DNA of 64,000 nucleotides from Tubiluchus corallicola. Its lineage: Eukaryota > Animalia > Priapulida. The stretch lies in assembly GCA_030141605.1 (NCBI GenBank), contig JAQGDQ010000569.1, positions 74,871 to 138,870 on the forward strand. Reading direction: 5' to 3'. A program made the position numbers and the translations under genes. Within the stretch, counting starts at the first letter, position 1; each line of letters opens with the position of its first letter. Under the pieces are notes generated by a model. That model did not search any database, had not been told where the DNA came from, and saw only the letters and a list, made by a program, of their open reading frames with translations. Below, one piece after another: positions 36,301-62,933 of the stretch.

Positions 36301-39300
36301 TATATTAGAAAGAGCTTTTTAACAGATTTTACAGACTTTGCAATTGAAGTTAACTGCTAAATTTTTGTTACTGATAAAATAATGAATGAAATATAAAACA
36401 AAAAACAACTTTTTGGGTTTTTGTTTTGTCATACAGAAAATGGTAGTTGATACTAGAGGTTCCTTTGTTCCAAAAAAATGGCGAAAATGGACTGTAAAAA
36501 ACAAGTTCACAAGACCAAGAGTTCGTGTTGAAATGTTTTTATCAGTCATTGTAAACCTGATGTGTTAAACTTAATAATTTTCAGGTTGAATTGTTGGCGT
36601 TCGATGGCAAAAAACACCAGAAATTAACCCATGCCTCGCAGAGAAGTCTGCTCTACTGAGCTTTAGCTGCACTTACTAGCACTAGCATGTGGATGACATT
36701 AATGAAAACCCGTGATACACAAGAGATTAGTTTGATATGGATCTGTACATTCAAACCCGAAAGATATAATGAACAAACAATGCACCTGGCGTTGGTCTGG
36801 ATGAAAATCGTAGCTTTATCATCATTCTCTTACGGTTCTAACAAATTTGTTAGCTAACTGATCTGGTATATTAATTTCGCCGGTAAAGTTTTATGTACAA
36901 ATGGATTACGGACATATAAACTCCGCTGTTAGGGCACAAGTGGCGCCGCCGTGGTTGCAATACAGGTAATCAAGCAGTCGTTTGTTTTAGAAGTCACGGG
37001 AGTAAACTACGGAGATATTTACAGCTATGTACAGAAAAACATTTAAAGAGAAGCTTGTCAGATGTTCTAGGTTTTTTGAAAGAAGTAAAAAGATACCACC
37101 TGCAGAGTTTAAAACATACTCCTGCTGGGCCAATGATTGGTCTTAGCTACGCACAAAAACCATTCACAGAGAAGTTTGGAGGTTCTAGGTTTTTTGAAAG
37201 AAGTAAAAAGATACCACCTGCAGAGTTTAAAACATACTCCTCCTGGGCCAATGATTGCTCTTAGCTACGTACAAAGCCATTCACAGAGAAGTTTGGAGGA
37301 TCTAGGTTTTTTGAAAGAAGTAAAAAGATACCACCTGCAGAGTTTAAAAATACTCTTTAGGTCTTTAGGTTATACATTTGGTGACTTTATGGTACGAAAA
37401 CACTCCATTGCAAAGCTGAGCCTTTCCTTGTAGCAACAGGTTAACATATTTTAGGTCACAGCCTTTTTCAAGTGTTTTGTGACCTAGACTTCTGACCTTG
37501 AAACTGAAAATCGTCCTCAATCAATAGGCGAATGCCTGGGGTCAATTATTTTGCTATAAAATGCGTCAAGCGGCTTTTCCCAATACCATACCCTGTAATC
37601 CGACATTTGGGGTCAGGACCTCAAAATCGATAGGGTTTTTTCTCGAATGCTGATTGGTCAATTTGTAAAATAAGAGTTTTGGGTCTGTTATTTGGGCTTA
37701 AAGACATCGCCAAAGCCTTTTCAATTACTGGGCCTTGTGACCCTGACCTTTGATAGTCTATAGAGTTCTTCCTTTATTGATGGACGACATATACGAGAAA
37801 GAGGTGAACTTCCGAGTCAAAGAATTTGGCCTCAAGCTTGTCAACAGGGCGAAGCGGAATTATGGACAGACGGAGGGACGACAGCACAAGTGGGCGCGTT
37901 ACTAGAAGCTGTCAGGGGACAATAATTAAAGAACGAAGGCTACTGTTCTACCAGTATTGATTATTCACGGTTTCACAGCTACTCATTGCGTCTGTTTTGC
38001 GGGGTCGCTGCTAGTCGTATAGTTATTATCGTCACAACCACGGCAGGTAATGTGGTAACGCAAGTTGAGCAGTCTGTACTCTGTAGGCATCTGCTGACAC
38101 TGAATAAACTGCAATAAAGTGATTCTTACCAAGTGCAATAAAGTCATAAAAATGACCACTCTGAAAATGAAAGAATATAATGACCACACTGAAAGAATGT
38201 AAATTTCATTGTTATTAGCATGACACTGATCATAGACAGTAACACAATCATAAATCAATAAGATCATAACTATTGTTCAATAACGAGGATAGGCCAGTCT
38301 AGGCCAGACTGAACTGAACCATACGGTTTACCACCTTCATGTCCAATGCCACTCCGCGGGCGGGTGCTTCCTTCGTGCGCGGTCAGCGATATGTTCAGCC
38401 GAAAGCGCTGGGAGCTAGTCTGGCCATCTGCAAAAGCAAGTGGTTGCGATGTAGTGAATGGTAATCCACTAAAACAACCGTTTGATGCGTGTATACTGTA
38501 CCGTTTTGAAACAGGTTCCCAGACATTGGAACTACGCGTTTTCAAATGCTTAACGCTAAATTGTAAATTACAAGACTCTATATCAAGTTTGAGAGAACAG
38601 GACATTTTTCACATACTTTTCTTGGTACAAAACCAGGGCTGTGGAGTCGGAGAGGATAAAACTTTGGGTTTTGAAGTCTGGACTTGGGAGTACGCTTATT
38701 GCTACAGGAATCGGAGAGGATAAAACTTAGGGTTTTGATGTCGGGACTTGGGAGTACGCTTATTGCTACAAGAGTCGGAGAGGATAAAACTTAGGGTGTT
38801 GAAGTCGGGACTTGGGAGTACGCTTATAGTTACAGGAGTCGGAGAGGATAAAACTTTGGGTTTTGAAGTCGGGACTTGGGAGTACACTTATTGCTACAGG
38901 AGTCGGAGTGGATAAAACTTAGGGTTTTGAAGTCGGGACTTGGGAGTAAGCTTATTGCTACAGGAGTCGGAGAGGATAAAACTTTGGGTTTTGAAGTCAG
39001 GACTTGGGAGTAAGCTTATTGCTACAGGAGTCGGAGTGGATAAAACTTAGGGTTTTGAAGTCGGGACTTGGGAGTAAGCTTATTGCTACAGGAGTCGGAG
39101 AGGATAAAACTTAGGGTTTTGAAGTCGGGACTTGGGAGTACGCTTATTGCTACAGGAGTCGGAGTGGATAAAACTTTGGGTTTTGAAGTCGGGACTTGGG
39201 AGTAAGCTTATTGCTACAGGAGTCGGAGTGGATAAAACTTAGGGTTTTGAAGTCGGGACTTGGGAGTAAGCTTATTGCTACAGGAGTCGGAGAGGATAAA

Positions 39301-42300
39301 ACTTTGGGTTTTGAAGTCGGGACTTGGGAGTAAGCTTATTGCTACAGGAGTCGGAGAGGATAAAACTTAGGGTTTTGAAGTCGGGACTTGGGAGTACGCT
39401 TATTGCTACAGGAGTCGGAGTGGATAAAACTTTGGGTTTTGAAGTCGGGACTTGGGAGTAAGCTTATTGCTACAGGAGTCGGAGTGGATAAAACTTAGGG
39501 TTTTGAAGTCGGGACTTGGGAGTAAGCTTATTGCTACAGGAGTCGGAGAGGATAAAACTTTGGGTTTTGAAGTCGGGACTTGGGAGTAAGCTTATTGCTA
39601 CAGGAGTCGGAGAGGATAAAACTTAGGGTTTTGAAGTCGGGACTTGGGAGTAAGCTTATTGCTACAGGAGTCGGAGAGGATAAAACTTAGGGTTTTGAAG
39701 TCGGGACTTGGGAGTACGCTTATTGCTACAGGAGTCGGAGTGGATAAAACTTTGGGTTTTGAAGTCGGGACTTGGGAGTACGCTTATTGCTACAGGAGTC
39801 GGAGTGGATAAAACTTTGGGTTTTGAAGTCGGGACTTGGGAGTACGCTTATTGCTACAGGAGTCGGAGTGGATAAAACTTAGGGTGTTAAAGTCGGGACT
39901 TGGAAGTACGCTTATTGCTACAGGAGTCGGAGTGGATAAAACTTTGGGTTTTGAAGTCAGGACTTGGGAGTACGCTTATTGCTACAGGAGTCGGAGTGGA
40001 TAAAACTTTGGGTTTTGAAGTCGGGACTTGGGAGTATGCTTATTGTTAGAGGAGTCTGTGTTAGAGTCAGTAAAAAAAAGACAAACTCAAACTCCAGTTA
40101 GTTTTAACTCATTTATGCATAACGTACCATTTTGGGATGCTTTCTCATTGGTATCTATGCAGCTAGACTGTTTTTCGAGCATAAGAAGTAGTGATCATAA
40201 ATACCACTGTAGCTAAATATTGAGAATACTACAAACTGTTACCAGGAGTCGGAGTTAGAGCTTTTAAAATTTTAGAAGTCAGAGTCGGAGTTGGACCTAA
40301 AATTTTAGAAGCTGGAGTCAGAATCCGAGTTGGATCATCTAAAATTTTAGGAGTCGAGTCAGAATCAGGAGCTTAATGTACCAACTTCACAGCCCGGTGC
40401 AAAACACAGAATTGTGGTTTTCTGTCACAAAAGTAACTTCAGTCATTTTATCGAACCGCAACTGTAAGTAATTAGAACAACAAACCGCTGATTGGTTTAC
40501 AAATGTTTTCGCCACGACTTTTTCTTGTGCGAAGAACCGCTCGTTAAAAAATACGATCAGGAGTCAGGTAAACATTTATCATTGCCAATAAAGCTGCCAT
40601 ACAGTTTATATGATATAAAGACGTCTTACAGTTCCAATATCTGGGAAATGTTGAAGTATAGAAAGTCTTTATCCGTTGCAAAATGATTTGATCTTTGCTG
40701 AACTGTCTTATCACTCACTGAATTGAACTGTACTATACAAACTGTATTATAAACTGAAATAGCAACACGTTATCATGAGAATTTAAACCAAATGACGCAA
40801 TTGTTCTGAGACACTGCATACGTCAGATCACTGTTGTGTGAATACGAATCAAAAAATTTCGTTAAGAATAAACCTTTTCACAGTTCCAGCGATTGATGAT
40901 GATCGTGAAAAGGCCAACAGTTGAGTGTACCAGACAACGCATTTGTGTACACTTGACAACGCCTCGCAGTCGAAGTTATTGTAATAGTAACAGTTTTAAC
41001 AGCTAGCTAGAACCTTGCTTAGTTCATTTTTTGTTGTTCCTAAGCAAGATCCTGCTAGTAAAGCACTCCATGCACGGACTAATGCATAATCAAGTCCATG
41101 GAAAACAACTGGCGTTACTGAACACATGCTGCAGAGGGCTTTGCTTTATCCGAATGTCACATGACGATGCTGTGGTACAATTAACCTTTGACCTACAGCA
41201 ACTGCGTGCGCGCACAACGAAACCGTGAAAAGGCTTATTACGAAGCTGCGCCGGGCAACGCCGCTTTGGAAGGCTGACCGAATTGGCAAAATCTTAGAAC
41301 AACTGCGACACGGGTTTTGTCTGTAGTAGTAGACCACACTGAATGACTGGAAACTGTATTCCTTGATTCTGAAAGAAAGGCATCATGTGAAAAACATGTT
41401 TGCATAGCATGCGGTGTGATAACATGAGCTGCATAATATTAGTAATAACAACTCAACGTGAAAACCTTGTCAGTAGATTTAACTGAACTATTTAACAACC
41501 TGCTTTCATTAAAACACGTGAAGCTGAAGCTACTGTTTTACAAATATCTGTGTTAACAAATTTGCTTCTAATTTTTTAACATTTACAGAGAAATGAAGTG
41601 CTGAATCAGCTGTAAACTTAATTAAGTTCATCTCAAAAGGGAAATCCCCCTTCCTCTTCAATGTCTTAGCGTACGCAACTAAAATTCCCTGCATTTAAAG
41701 TCATAACTACATGCAATATTTACAGTGATCTAGCGTAAAGAAATATTTAACACTAACAATGCACAAAAAATGGTCAATATTTGTCATTTGGCACAACAAT
41801 GCGTTTACTTTTAATTTCACAGTAATTGCAACATGTTCGCAACGCACGTCACTAAACAATTGCTACGCGACAGTACGTTTACATTCCGATGCAACTATCT
41901 GCTTTACCGAATTCATACAATTTAGCCAACAGTTTAGAAATTGCACCTTTGCATGCCGTGTGCTCACACTCACAAAGACTTGAACATTCCAACACACACG
42001 CTGTTACTTACACTATTACTCTATACATAACAATTAAAACATTTCTCCAGTATATTCTTCATGAAGACATTTCAAAAAATGAACTTATTTATCAAAATAA
42101 TAAGTGCATGTTTTTATACTGGTCAACAGAAATTGCGTTGCCTAGGCAACAGACAAACAGACTGAAAACAAACAATGAAAGTTTTAACAATTAGCAATCT
42201 GGAAAACATTAATTATTGTAATGATTAAAATGGGTTAATTGACATTGTGAAATACGTATTTTTTTGTAAATTACAGGCTAAGACATTACAGGCCGTAGAC

Positions 42301-45300
42301 TGTTGACATATTTATTTACAAGTATACCTAATAAGAGATAGTACTAGGCATGTATGAAACACGTGATGTACTGCAGCGCAAAACGATTTAACATGACATA
42401 GACACTTACGGTGCCGAAGCTACTAAAGATGCTGCGTAATTCATCCTCCTCCGTGTTGGGGTCGAGTCCGCCTATGAATACTTTCTTCACTGGTTCCGGA
42501 CCGGCGCGTCCCTTGGCCCGCTTAGGGTCAATCTGACGTCCATTCAATGTGTGACTTGAAGACAGCACCTGTAAAAGAGGTTTTTCTTAAAAACGGGCGT
42601 TGTGGTCTTATGAGCATGCACTTTTGTGGTGTATCCGTATCGTACTATGGTCTGACCCATGCGACTCAGTCCATCACACTTATTGCAGGTACAAATATTT
42701 TGATCCATTACCCCTTCTCAAGGTGATATATGCATTAGACGCCACAATATATCAGACTGTAGTTCAGCAAGCTAGACATGTCTCTGTTACATTTAAAATT
42801 TGACTTATAATTATACTGCTACCTTTTACTGACATTCTGGCTTTTTCTCGGCTCAATATTGGACCAACAATGTATGTATGCATTTTTAGCTTTTTAGTGT
42901 AACGTAGTAATCTGGAGCACTTATTTTTCTAGCACTTATTTCAGTAGTTTTATAGAGGTAGTAATTGTAGAATAAAGAAAATTTGTACTTTTTGCAGAAT
43001 AAACTAACATAGATATGGGAATGCAACTTTGGTCTGAGCGTATACATTACAACACTGTTACAAGATATATGAACGAAGTACATTGAAACTGAATGAGTAA
43101 AAACCTAAATTTGCAAATTTAATAAATCATATAAAACAAAACTGTTCTTGAATCTCTCTGTTCTGCATCTAGGCAAAGGGTATTTTAGACAGTGGCAAGT
43201 GCTATATTGTGAGTACGGTCATCTGGCAATGGAGTGTGGATTTTATTATTGAAATTTTGAATTGATAGGAACAACTTTTTGCAGGAATTTTGGTTCCGGT
43301 TTTACAAAAGTTGAAGATTAGCCAAAATTAAAGTATTTGTGTGGTTTTCATTTGGAAAAATTATTTTCAACGAAGGCTTTTGAACTTGTCAATTTCTAGT
43401 AGAGCATTTGCGTGGTTTTCATTTGGAAAAATTATTTTCAACGAAGGCTTTTGAACTTGTCAATTTCTAGTAGAGCATTTGCGTGGTTTTCATTTGGAAA
43501 AATTATTTTCAACGAGGGCTTTTGAACTCGTCAATTTCTAGTGGAGCATTTGCGTGGTTTTCATTTGGAAAAATTATTTTCAACGAAGGCTTTTGAACTT
43601 GTCAATTTCCAGTGGAGCATTTGCGTGGTTTTTATTTGGAAAAATTGTTTTCAACGAGGGCTTTTGAACTCGTCAATTTCTAGTGGAGCATTTGCGTGGT
43701 TTTCATTTGGAAAAATTATTTTCAACGAAGGCTTTTGAACTTGTCAATTTCCAGTGGAGCATTTGCGTGGTTTTCATTTGGAAAAATTATTTTCAACGAG
43801 GGCTTTTGAACTCGTCAATTTCTAGTGGAGCATTTGCGTGGTTTTCATTTGGAAAAATTATTTTCAACGAAGGCTTTTGAACTCGTCAATTTCTAGTGGA
43901 GCATTTGCGTGGTTTTTATTTGGAAAAATTGTTTTCAACGAGGGCTTTTGAACTTGTCAATTTCTAGCGGAGCATTTGCGTCGTTTTCATTTATAAAAAT
44001 TATTTTCAATGAAGGCTTTTGAACTTGTCAATTTCTAGTGGAGCATTTGCGTGGTTTTCATTTGGAAAAATTATTTTCAACGAGGGCTTTTGAACTTGTC
44101 AATTTCTAGTAGAGCATTTGCGTGGTTTTCATTTGGAAAAATTATTTTCAACGAGGGCTTTTGAACTCATCAATTTCTAGTACAGCATTTGTGGTTTTCA
44201 TTTGGAAAAATTATTTTCAATCAAGACTTTTGAGCTCGTCAATTTCTAGTAGAGCATTTGCGTGGTTTTCATTTGGAAAAATTGTTTTCAACGAGGGCTT
44301 TTGAACTCGTCAATTTATAGTAGACAGCTGGTATGCTGTTTCACACTCAGTAAACATACTAACTCTCGCGCTACAGAAATGTGTAATATTTCTTACTTAA
44401 TCTCCTACATACCTACTAAAAGACATCAACACTCCTTTAAAATCATTCTCTTTCAAACGCATGATTTGCAGAATAACATATTTAGTTAAATAAAATGCTA
44501 AATTGAAATAACAATACGACGACTAGGAATTCGACTCTAACAAGTTTTTTAGTTCGAATTCGATTCGAATCTAAAATTGTCAATTCCAATAATTCAGCAA
44601 TTCAGCAGCCACGTACATTTCTTATCATTAAAACATTTGAAACTTCATGCAATTAGCACAATTCAGCCATGATTTCTGTGTACAATTTTTAAATAAATTA
44701 TTCGTGATTTAGCTGCAGAACAAAATTGAACAATATGCATTTAATCTCTGTAAGACCAGCTTTACTAGTGGCTCGAAAATCTTTCAAACAGATTTAAATT
44801 TAAAATACTAAAATTCGATAGTCACAAATTCAATTCGATTTGAATTCGCTTTTTGGTAGCAATAAACGACTGCTGTAGCAGTGATGATGACAGCAGCAAT
44901 GATAACAACAACAATAAAGCATATTACACCTAGTGCAGAAAATTGTTTATTTAAGCATCTATTAAAACAGCTATTGGTCTACAAACTCTTCAAATGAAAA
45001 ACAAATCTATGATCAACTTGCAGATACTCACAGTGGAGATTACGTCTTTATCCTCAAACTGAATAAACGCAAACCCTCTCGACCGTCCTGTGTTGGGATC
45101 TGTCTTTAGTATCACCTTAGAAACGGCGCCATATTTGGAGAAGTAATCATTCAGATCATCTAAACAAAGATCTAATTCATCAGAGCAGACACAAAAAAGA
45201 ATTACTTTCTGTTCTACCTCATGAGCTCAAAACATGTCAGCTGGGGGAGATTTGTACGTGTTTAAAGCTGAATCATGGAATATTTAAAATCAGTTGAAAT

Positions 45301-45973
45301 CAAAGTTTATTTCCCACTGGTTAGCAGAAACGTTTTAAATTTTTTTCAATGCACGTTTTTTCACACTTTGTCTTTTAGTTTTGCATTACTAAATTAATCG
45401 CATAATTATCGATTTTTGTTTACTCTCATTTTTGTATTATGGACGTATACGTTCTGAGAATTATGGTATAAGCGGCAACACTACTCGGCCTTTAATATAC
45501 CGACTTAGCGGAAAATTCGATAGTTTTTTAGCCTCTAATACAAAAAGCATCATGGCAACCCTGGCTAAGTGTTAGCCGTGGAAAAATATGGCCGCATTCC
45601 TCAAAAAAAGATGTTATAATAATTATTGTTTACATTTTAAATTAAAAAACACGCTTTCATACGACTGCGTCGAATAAGCACATGAATGTACAAAAAAATG
45701 ATAAAATATATTACGTGGGTGATTAGATGGAAACAGAAGTATTTTTGTCGGCCTTAATCTTACAATTTTTTTATCTAAACAGTATTGTATAGTGTGCTGG
45801 ACGGCTACAAATACTGTAAATACAACCTACTAAACAAACACGTTGCTACCTATGCACAAGAAGTGTATATTTCGTATGCAAAATAAAATGTCATATTCAG
45901 CATTAAAAATTAAGCGGTGTAATTTTCATTACCTTGAGTTGTTTCCCAGCTTAATCCGCCCACAAACAATTTT
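32745..45973 (-). CDS. hnRNP A/B/D family (squid-like) two-RRM + RGG/GY-rich protein; spliced, start-codon exon not located
   Basis: Seven phase-compatible GT-AG exons: 45973-45933, 45159-45032, 42568-42410, 35195-35064, 34639-34537, 33982-33785, 32806-32745. RNP2 KLFVGGLSWET, RNP1 RGFAFIQF, second RRM KKVFIGGL, RGG box, GY-rich tract, C-terminal R-x-HPY (PY-NLS-like). Confidence 0.92.
33116..33698. mobile_element. piggyBac-type MITE containing a (CA)n tract
   Basis: TIR CCCTTTCACTACG / CGTAGTGAAAGGG, TTAA on both sides. Confidence 0.85.
33785..33982 (-). CDS. hnRNP exon (GY/GS-rich low-complexity domain)
   Basis: 198 nt, phase 1-1, GGYG repeats, GTAAGT donor. Confidence 0.9.
34537..34639 (-). 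CDS. hnRNP exon (CSVKKAAPK + RGG box)
   Basis: 103 nt, GGRGG repeats, GTGAGT donor. Confidence 0.9.
35064..35195 (-). CDS. hnRNP exon (IELIEWPFDRVNNVKKTFAFVTFESEE)
   Basis: 132 nt, RRM2 RNP1, GTGAGT donor. Confidence 0.9.
37021..37355. repeat. ~118-bp tandem repeat x3, within a possible DINE/Helentron-like element (~36960-37920)
   Basis: TCTAGGTTTTTTGAAAGAAG at 37066, 37184, 37301; downstream TGACCTT motifs and GGACAGACGG. Confidence 0.8.
38634..40397. mobile_element. hAT-type element carrying an internal satellite
   Basis: TIR CAGGGCTGTGGAGTCGG / CCAACTTCACAGCCCGG, TSD TACAAAAC / TGCAAAAC. Confidence 0.8.
38643..40057. repeat. 64-bp satellite, ~22 copies
   Basis: GGAGTCGGAG(A/T)GGATAAAACTT(A/T)GGGTTTTGAAGTCGGGACTTGGGAGTA(A/C)GCTTATTGCTACA. 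Confidence 0.97.
42410..42568 (-). CDS. hnRNP exon (HTLNGRQIDPKRAK...KKVFIGGLDP)
   Basis: 159 nt, RRM1-RRM2 linker, GTAAGT donor. Confidence 0.92.
43335..44325. repeat. 71-bp satellite, ~14 copies
   Basis: GAGCATTTGCGTGGTTTTCATTTGGAAAAATT recurs at 43402, 43473... Confidence 0.95.
45032..45159 (-). CDS. hnRNP exon (DDLNDYFSKYG...RSRGFAFIQFEDKDVIST)
   Basis: 128 nt, RNP1 motif, GTGAGT donor. Confidence 0.92.
45933..45973 (-). CDS. hnRNP exon (KLFVGGLSWETTQ)
   Basis: 41 nt, AG/GT bounded, RNP2 motif. Confidence 0.88.
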
Positions 45974-47700
45974 CTATAAAAAAATGATACATTTGAGGCA
46001 TCCATGGTAATTCATTGTTTTAATGCACATAGCTAAGCTTCCTACGAAATTTAAGACTTCGTTATCATTCTGTTCGAGTACATGCTGTCACAGGTCTTTC
46101 TCTGCTTTATTTGTGATTGTTGAAATGACATCACGACATAAAATAGCATAAGAAATATAACACAGAAAACAAGAAATTTCATCTCACATTACTAACAAGT
46201 CACTTGAAAACTTAATATTCGGATTCTTACGTGCCATACTACAGTAGACACCGCTTAATAGACTCACTTTCGGGTGGAAGAGCTTTTACAGAATTAACAG
46301 ACTGAATCTATTATCTGACGTGTAGCAATATTTAATATAGAAGTAAAAGTCAACGCTTTTCAGCTTGATATACAGAATGCAGGCAGATTATTGCCCCTGC
46401 ATTGGTGCCAGAACAGTAACTGTTAACTGATTAAACATTCTATGGAAGTATCAAGAACTTCAAAGGGAATGCGATTAAAAGCTTAGCTTCCACAAATTCT
46501 TGGGCAAGCATGTTAACTGCAGTGGACGAGGGGGAGACAGATTAAAAAAAACCCACTAGATTAGCATATTACCGCATGATAAACATACTTGCTTTCAAAC
46601 AAGACGTGAAGATATTACCGCAAATAAACGCACAAAAGTGAAGATAAAATAACATAAACGTACTAAACGTTCTTTAGTATCACGCACGAGGAAGAATGAA
46701 TATGATTATGATGAAGGCTTCCAGCCTATACAATATATCCTACAACTACAAGTAAATGACAAAATTAAATTAATTTTTCTGCTTACTCCTCTGAGTCACC
46801 TCCTGAAGACTGGTAATAAGACATATTTCTTGTGAGCTAAGCAAAGTTAATCTTTTTATCACCAATTTGAACAAAGACAAAATATGCAAGACCACACAAA
46901 ATGGGCGATTGCACAGAGAAAGTAGTCCGGTTACCGGTGGTTCCGCCGCCCCGCACATGCCCGGGAATTTGATTCAATGGTTTTTCATTTTCTTTACTAC
47001 GCCTAGTCGCTCTGTGGTTACAACGAATCATATTTTACTGAGTTACGCTTAAAAGTTCATTTCACTTAAGTGGCGTTTATGTACCTTGCAGATCCGGAAG
47101 CGTTTTGGGTTGAGGAATAACTAAAATCAGTTTCTATTGTTTTCAATGTCAATTATTGATGTTGCCGTTGCCATTGTTATGTGTAACTAGTACTAACTAC
47201 ATTACTTTGTGCGTATCTGTAATGTTAATTGTTGTTATTTTTTCCTTTTTTATAACTTATGTGTATCAGAATGATTAAGCATTTTTTATTGTCACTAAAT
47301 CCTTACACAATTAACGTCTTAACTTTAATTCCTGATATGAGACTGAAATTATTCAGTAACATTACGATAAATGCATCCATTTTGTCAACTCAGTTTAATT
47401 GTTCCATCAAACCAATTTCTAAATGGGAAACTCCTTGCTAACTAGTAGGCAGATTAATTATTTCAGATAATAGGTAATTGTAGCACAAGCTGATACTATT
47501 TAGCTGCGTCTGTGTATTGTCAGTATGATAAAAACAAAGCTATCAGTAACTCTCAATTTCAACACTTAAGTTAAACAACAGGTACAAGCATAGTTCAATT
47601 CAAACCCATTGTTTTTTTTATTTCAAAAGTCAAAGATTAAGGTTGCGATATTGACCAAAAAATTTTGTCCATTGAATTGCAGGTGACCTCACGTCTTCAT

Positions 47701-48131
47701 TAGGGATGAGCATTCTCTACCAGAAAGCGAATTCGAATCAAACCGAATTTGTGACTTTAGAATTAAAAATCGAACTGAACTTCAGTGTTTCGAAATCGAG
47801 TTGAGATCGAAAGATTTTCGAACAAGTTTTCGAACCACCAGCAAAAATTAGTCTTATAAATATCATGCATCTCACTAGATTTTGTTCTGCAATAAAACGA
47901 CTAGTAATTTGTTTAAAATTGTGTGCAGAAATCACAGCTAAATTATGCTAATTGCATGATGTTTCAATCGTTTTAGTAATGAAGAACATGTGTGATTGAA
48001 GTGCTGAATTATTCGAATCTATAGTTTTGGATTCGAATCGAATTCGAACTAAAAAAAACTCGTTCGAATCGAGTTCGAGCGTTCGATTTCGATTCGAACG
48101 TTCGAACTCGAACGTTCAATGCTCACACCTA
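47701..48131. mobile_element. Full-length TTCGAA-rich hAT MITE between the divergent genes
   Basis: TIR TAGGGATGAGCATT / AATGCTCACACCTA, perfect TSD GTCTTCAT. Confidence 0.85.
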
Positions 48132-49160
48132 GTCTTCATATGCAGGCTGTTTTATTCCCAAAGACAAGAACACATACTTAGGTTACTTGGAAATATTATT
48201 ATGAGTAAATGTTATGAGGTTACATAAGATACTTGTATAATGGAAAGCAACGCAAGATGGCACACACAGTAATCATCTCTTAACAAGAAAACGCACTGCC
48301 GTTACTTACGCACAAGCAGTACTATTAACACAAAACCCGCACACAGGCATGCCAGGCTGTGCGTTTTCAGTGAGTGCCCTTGTAACTGTGATATCAATTC
48401 AATACCATTATTTTGAATTTCTGCGCTAGTTGCTGTTGTTTGTTGCTATTGCATGTATCTGACCGACTCTTGCCTAAACCATAGATGTAAAACCTCGTCG
48501 GTTGCCACGGCTATTTACAGTGCGAAGATCATGGTTATTGCTATAGCCTGTGGGATTCATGGTGATGATGTTTTAGTTAACGGTTGTCCTAATTTTCTTG
48601 TTACATCTCCAACGGCTGCACTTTTACTCAGCGCACTGTCTTCGCTATACAAAATATTCAAAAAGGGGTCTGTAAAATTACGTTCATATCTATTTTGGCT
48701 GCAGACTTTGCTTTGTATGTTATTGCTATAGTATAAATTTTCATTAGACCGTATCTGTTAAGTACAGTGTATATAATGTTGTTGTTATTTTTTGTCGTTA
48801 CGATGTCACTATGTACAAGTCCAGGTTCGTTTGGAGTATTTATTGAAAGTGTCGAACTTGTGTGTATTATTCGAAACAAGTAGCACCAACTACCGTTTAA
48901 AATTTGCAAGTTGACAGTGCACACTTCAGCCAATTGTTGCAGTATAACTATAAATTCTATAAGTATAATCTCTGATTAAATGCTTTAACACATAACTGCA
49001 TTTGATTGTGATTTGGTCAGCATATTTCAGAGAAGTAACATTTTTGTCTGCATTTTTTCTCTTCTGGAATATTTTCAAATGTATGTAATGAAACAATGCT
49101 TGTAAACTATGATTTCTGCCATTCTCCAGCACTTGCTCTAGTTGCTGAGGCATATGAAGA

Positions 49161-62933
<13,773 letters not shown>

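Noticed and set aside
38643-40057. CRISPR-like appearance of this and other arrays (5001-5740, 57901-59931)
   Set aside because: Whole units repeat with no unique spacers, no cas genes, eukaryotic context.
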